The notes under the pieces: model-generated
The model's input: only the letters and a program-made list of their open reading frames with translations
What the model was told of the DNA's origin: nothing
Database searches by the model: none
Part shown: in pieces, positions 7,234 through 11,204 of the stretch
Numbering within the stretch: the stretch's first letter is position 1
Layout: each line of letters begins with the position of its first letter
Assembly (NCBI GenBank): GCA_964600735.1
Contig: CAZRLL010000129.1
Span: 1 to 11,204, forward strand
Source of the DNA: an uncultured archaeon
Lineage (GTDB): Archaea; Asgardarchaeota; Heimdallarchaeia; Heimdallarchaeales; Kariarchaeaceae
DNA: 11,204 nucleotides
Direction: 5' to 3'
Translations under genes and position numbers: made by a program

Positions 7234-8253
7234 TTATCTTGGGACTCCTTCCATCTTCCATTGTTTCAATAGTTTTACCAGTTCTTCCTTCTTATCGATA
7301 CCTTTGGAAACGAAGCTGTATAACTGGGATAGGGCAATGCTTCCCAAATGCTCGTATGCTTCATCCATCTCGCTTATTGTAGATATTCGATCTTGAAATC
7401 CTTTATCAGTGGTTGCTTCATCGACGAAATCCAAGAATAGATTGAGTATTTGAAGGGTTTGTTTATCTACTTTTTCTTCTTCTGTTTTTTCTGGTTTTAT
7501 TTTAACAGGTTTTTTAGGTTTTTCTTCCTCTTTCACAACTTCCTTATCAGGAGCGGTTTCCTTTGTAACTTTAGTAGGTTTAATTGCTGGTTCTTTCTCT
7601 ATAGGTGAGATATCTGAGTACTCCTTTACACCATCCAAATACTCCTTGGTGTCAAATGTATATGAATCGGGTTCGGAGAGAATTACGGATAAGGTGTCAT
7701 GAATTGGTAGTAAAACTGATGTTAATTCATCTTTATCCATTATTATCTGTTTAATATCATGACACAGTTGAGATATTGACTTGTTTAATTGTTCCTCCCG
7801 GCCAATAGGTCCACCCTCATCCTCTTCTTCTGCTTGCATTTCTTGCATCATTTTCAATTGAATGCGCAGTGCATCCCTTTCACTATCAAATAAATCTGAT
7901 TTATTCTCTAATTCTTGTTTTTGTTTTTCTAGAGAAGTTTTTTCAGTAATTAATGCAGTTAGGTCATTCTGTTGTTCATCCAATTTTGCAGTTAATGCTG
8001 ATTCTCTTTCTTGTAATTTATCTTGTAGAGTTTTTTCAGTTTCTTCCAATTGTTCTCTTAATTCTTGTATCATTTCTTGATCGGTATTATTATCCAACTT
8101 TTTCTTTAATATTTCAATTGTTTTTATTCTTCGCATGGCCAGCTGAGGACTTATATTTTCTTTTAATAGATAGTACACAATAAATTCAATATCTGCCACA
8201 GTCATATCGCTTTTATCAATCAATTCACGCAATGACTCGAGGGTAACTTCCAT
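7234..8253 (-). CDS. Uncharacterised coiled-coil protein
   Basis: 339 aa; N-terminal helical domain, long heptad-like Glu/Leu/Gln region (about aa 50-145), K/E/P-rich linker (about aa 215-260), helical C-terminal domain. Confidence 0.75.
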   Translation of the reverse strand: MEVTLESLRELIDKSDMTVADIEFIVYYLLKENISPQLAMRRIKTIEILKKKLDNNTDQEMIQELREQLEETEKTLQDKLQERESALTAKLDEQQNDLTALITEKTSLEKQKQELENKSDLFDSERDALRIQLKMMQEMQAEEEDEGGPIGREEQLNKSISQLCHDIKQIIMDKDELTSVLLPIHDTLSVILSEPDSYTFDTKEYLDGVKEYSDISPIEKEPAIKPTKVTKETAPDKEVVKEEEKPKKPVKIKPEKTEEEKVDKQTLQILNLFLDFVDEATTDKGFQDRISTISEMDEAYEHLGSIALSQLYSFVSKGIDKKEELVKLLKQWKMEGVPR

Positions 8254-8372
8254 TAAAGATTGTCTCTTTATTTATTGCTAAAGCTTTTCGGAAATGGATA
8301 CTTTGGAATGATATATAATTTCAACATTTATTGCAGTAAAACAAAAAAGATGATCAAATAAAGTGAAAGATC

Positions 8373-9074
8373 TTATTTTTTTATTTTCGCATAAGATTCA
8401 TTCTGGATATTTTTTTCTAATTCTCTTAATTTAGATGCATCGTAATTCAATATTCCACTATCCCAAAATACAATTTCATCATTTTTTGTCCGGATTATCC
8501 TTTTTTCACCTAATTCAATTTTTTCAATGTTCGTAAAATGGCTATTATAGTATGTTTTTGCAGTATTAATAATTTCTCGACTTCTTTTAAATTTACCAAG
8601 CCTTGAGAATGCCTCTGCTTTTAGACAAGTAAGATTGAAATTTAGTTCTCTAGGTAAAGGATATTTATTGGCAAATATCTCGTCAATGGTTTGCAGTACT
8701 TCAATAAAAGCCTCATTCTTATAATAAGTTAATATTTGATAAATTTTTGTCATTTGAAAATTTATTTGTTTTGTTAATTTATCGATGGTTAGATAATTTA
8801 CCAGATTATCAGTGTAGAATTTTCCATCTTTTAATTCTTGATCTGGTATTTCTCCTTCAAAATCATGAGAAATTATGAAGAGAGTGTTGTGTGGTGCATT
8901 ACCCATTTCGAAATTAAGAATACACTGTTCCTTTGCTTCAGAAACACTCATTATTTGATTGGAAAGCAAATAAATCAATTCTGAATTGGTATTAAGTTCC
9001 CATATATTCCCATTAAATGCAAATCGATTCCAGTTCAATTTCTTGATATTTTGATTTGCTACATTCAATTTCAC
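8373..9074 (-). CDS. Uncharacterised protein
   Basis: 233 aa uninterrupted ORF, with a central TPR-like helical stretch (LNFNLTCLKAEAFSRLGKFKRSREIINTAKTYYNS); no confident family. Confidence 0.65.
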   Translation of the reverse strand: MKLNVANQNIKKLNWNRFAFNGNIWELNTNSELIYLLSNQIMSVSEAKEQCILNFEMGNAPHNTLFIISHDFEGEIPDQELKDGKFYTDNLVNYLTIDKLTKQINFQMTKIYQILTYYKNEAFIEVLQTIDEIFANKYPLPRELNFNLTCLKAEAFSRLGKFKRSREIINTAKTYYNSHFTNIEKIELGEKRIIRTKNDEIVFWDSGILNYDASKLRELEKNIQNESYAKIKK

Positions 9075-9179
9075 TCAATCCTTTAAATTTATAGGCTTTC
9101 ATATATACAAGAAACTATTGGTTAATTATGTGTTCTTATGGGACACAATGATTTTAATCCAAATACTTTGAGATTTTTG

Positions 9180-9209
9180 ATATTCTCTAATTATTTTCAT
9201 TGAGAATAT
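9180..9209. repeat. Inverted repeat, 8-bp stem
   Basis: ATATTCTC (9180-9187) and GAGAATAT (9202-9209), 14-nt spacer, in the divergent intergenic region before the NAD kinase. Confidence 0.4.
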
Positions 9210-9356
9210 GTTATAGAATCAAATTATTGGATTTAAATTGTGAATTTTTAAATTCTAATGAAGCGGTATCAGATAAATTATCTAATTTGATATTGATCAT
9301 TGATTATAATTTTAAAGTCACTTACAGAACTGAAAGTATAGATCAGAGGGGAATTA

Positions 9357-10292
9357 ATGTCAATCAAGATCCATGGGATATGTATTAGTACTCAAGCAAG
9401 GAACGAATATGATAAAGTTTCTCAAATGATTTTAGATCTTACTCCAGACACAGAAATTATCAATTTTTATGATGTATTGAAGGATATTTCCTTACTTGAA
9501 ATATGTGATTATATTTTTACAGTAGGGGGTGATGGATCCGTGGCTTGGTTAATTCAAACATTTTTTGAAACATTTGGAAATGTAAAAAACTTAAAACCAA
9601 TTGTACCTATAATAAGACCTGAATCAGCTGGATACCTAAAACAACTGGATTATGAAGAGAAAAAATTTGTTTCAGGTTTAAAAAATATATTGGATGGACA
9701 TTTTACTGTACAAGATCGAACAATTTTGAGAACTAAGATCTGTAATAACAAATATGTTGCGGTAAATGAGATTTATTTCCAAAGTGCACCACAAATTGGT
9801 AATTTTACAGTCTCTATTCAACATGAGAATAGTCACTATCGCCCAATGACCACAACTATGGCAGATGGTGTAATGATAGTCACACCAATTGGTTCAACTG
9901 CATGGTCACTATCATACCGGGGGCAAATTAGTTTAAATGAGGATGCTCTTGAGCTGGTTTTTACAGGTGGAATTCATTCCTCAGCTAATTTCACTTTACC
10001 CAGAAATCCTCTAAAAATAACTTTACAAATGAAAAATTCATCCGTAAATGAAGAGACAATTGATGCTTATGAAAAAACAAGAAAAAAATTAGGCTTACAA
10101 CAGGATCTTACATCGATGGAGACTTTGGGTATTGTTTACGGTCCAAGAATTATCATTGATGGAAAGGTGGTTTCCTTTGATGTCACGGAATTGGAGATTG
10201 ATTCAAGCTTAACCATCCCGTTTGTATTCCTTCATCAGGAAACAGTGGTTGATAAGGCAAGAAAATTGACCAAGCAACCATCGTTTAAATAA
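9357..10292 (+). CDS. NAD kinase (ATP-NAD/polyphosphate kinase family)
   Basis: 311 aa; YIFTVGGDGSVAWLI, VAVNEIYF, ADGVMIVTPIGSTAWSLSYRGQI and downstream VFTGGI correspond to the GGDG, NE/D and TPTGSTAY motifs. AGAGGGG ribosome-binding-like sequence upstream of ATG. Confidence 0.85.
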   Translation: MSIKIHGICISTQARNEYDKVSQMILDLTPDTEIINFYDVLKDISLLEICDYIFTVGGDGSVAWLIQTFFETFGNVKNLKPIVPIIRPESAGYLKQLDYEEKKFVSGLKNILDGHFTVQDRTILRTKICNNKYVAVNEIYFQSAPQIGNFTVSIQHENSHYRPMTTTMADGVMIVTPIGSTAWSLSYRGQISLNEDALELVFTGGIHSSANFTLPRNPLKITLQMKNSSVNEETIDAYEKTRKKLGLQQDLTSMETLGIVYGPRIIIDGKVVSFDVTELEIDSSLTIPFVFLHQETVVDKARKLTKQPSFK

Positions 10293-10361
10293 TAATTCAT
10301 TAAAATGATTTAATCAGTTTCAGTCGTAAGTTTTTTCAGTTCATTATTATTTTATCAAATT

Positions 10362-11189
10362 GTGGTAAAGAATTCTAAACAAATAGTATTAATTACAGGG
10401 GCATCGAAAGGTATTGGACTTGTAACTGCTAACTATCTAGAAATGAAAGGTTACCGTGTGTATGGTACATCCCGAAGTTCACCAGATAGTTTTGAAGAAT
10501 TTGATTTTTCATTTTTACAACTTGATATCACTGATGATGATTCTGTTAGCAATTGTGTGAATGAATTAATTGAAAGAGAAGGGAGGATTGATGCACTAGT
10601 TAATAATGCTGGATATTCTCTAGTTGGTCCGATTTCAGATACATCGATCGATGATATAAAAAGGCAATATGATACTAATTTTTTTGGAGCTCATAGGATG
10701 ATTCTAGAGGTCCTTCCAATAATGAAAAAACAACAATTTGGAAGGATTATTAATGTTGGATCATTTGGTGGTCGGATTGGTTTACCATTCCAATCATTTT
10801 ATTCTGCTTCAAAGTCTTCACTGGCAGTTTTTACAGATTCGCTTAGAATTGAATTATATACATCAGGAATAAAATTAAGTTTAATTGAACCAGGGGATGT
10901 TAATACCGGAAATCATGATCATCATGTAATTAATGCACAAAATTTCAATCCAGAAAATAATGAAGTTGCCAGAAGAGCTTTGGAAGTAATGAGACAAGAT
11001 GAATTAAAAGGAATATCTCCAGAAAAAGTCGCAAAGACAATTCATAAAGCAATAAAATCAAAAAGACCTAAGCCTAGATATTTGGTAGGATTCCAAGCAA
11101 AATTCTTTGGTACATTGCAAAGATTTCTTCCTTATACATTACAAGAAAGAATCAATTTTATGTATTATAAAGTACCAAGAAAATCTTAA
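10362..11189 (+). CDS. Short-chain dehydrogenase/reductase (SDR)
   Basis: 275 aa, GTG start; TGASKGIG cofactor motif, NNAGYS, and YSASKSSL catalytic Tyr/Lys motif. Confidence 0.93.
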   Translation: MVKNSKQIVLITGASKGIGLVTANYLEMKGYRVYGTSRSSPDSFEEFDFSFLQLDITDDDSVSNCVNELIEREGRIDALVNNAGYSLVGPISDTSIDDIKRQYDTNFFGAHRMILEVLPIMKKQQFGRIINVGSFGGRIGLPFQSFYSASKSSLAVFTDSLRIELYTSGIKLSLIEPGDVNTGNHDHHVINAQNFNPENNEVARRALEVMRQDELKGISPEKVAKTIHKAIKSKRPKPRYLVGFQAKFFGTLQRFLPYTLQERINFMYYKVPRKS

Positions 11190-11204
11190 GATTTTAAAAG
11201 ACCA

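Noticed and set aside
9200-9388. 62-aa plus-strand ORF
   Set aside because: Overlaps the NAD kinase start in another frame and covers intergenic palindromes; no recognisable domain.
1-11204. CRISPR array, transposon, toxin-antitoxin or defence system
   Set aside because: No regularly spaced repeats, transposase, nuclease or toxin motifs were seen; the gene content is housekeeping/metabolic.

Overview
This AT-rich archaeal chromosomal window (inference: Asgard-like or other F420-using archaeon, not proven) carries mostly housekeeping and salvage genes. On the minus strand are a partial M17 leucyl aminopeptidase, an MTA/SAH/5'-deoxyadenosine-type deaminase, a uridine/purine nucleoside phosphorylase, a DUF1684-like protein, a COG4080-like SpoU-fold protein, an archaeal-type phosphopantetheine adenylyltransferase, a luciferase-like F420-dependent oxidoreductase and two uncharacterised proteins. 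On the plus strand are a small three-repeat protein, a divergent NAD kinase and an SDR oxidoreductase. The standout is in the gap between the pantetheine-phosphate adenylyltransferase and the luciferase-like gene. A plus-strand RNA gene at about 5522-5671 reads as a circularly permuted 5S rRNA: the conserved 3' part (GTTAAGCC...GTACTA...GCGTGAGC...GGGAA...GCTGC) precedes the conserved 5' part (GCGGTCATAG...GACACCGG...CATCCGAACTCCG). The native termini (helix I) are joined by a hexaloop, and the new termini are closed by a 9-bp stem. A TATA-like box and a T-rich tract sit where an archaeal promoter and terminator would be for exactly this permuted molecule. A candidate C/D-box sRNA lies about 100 nt upstream.
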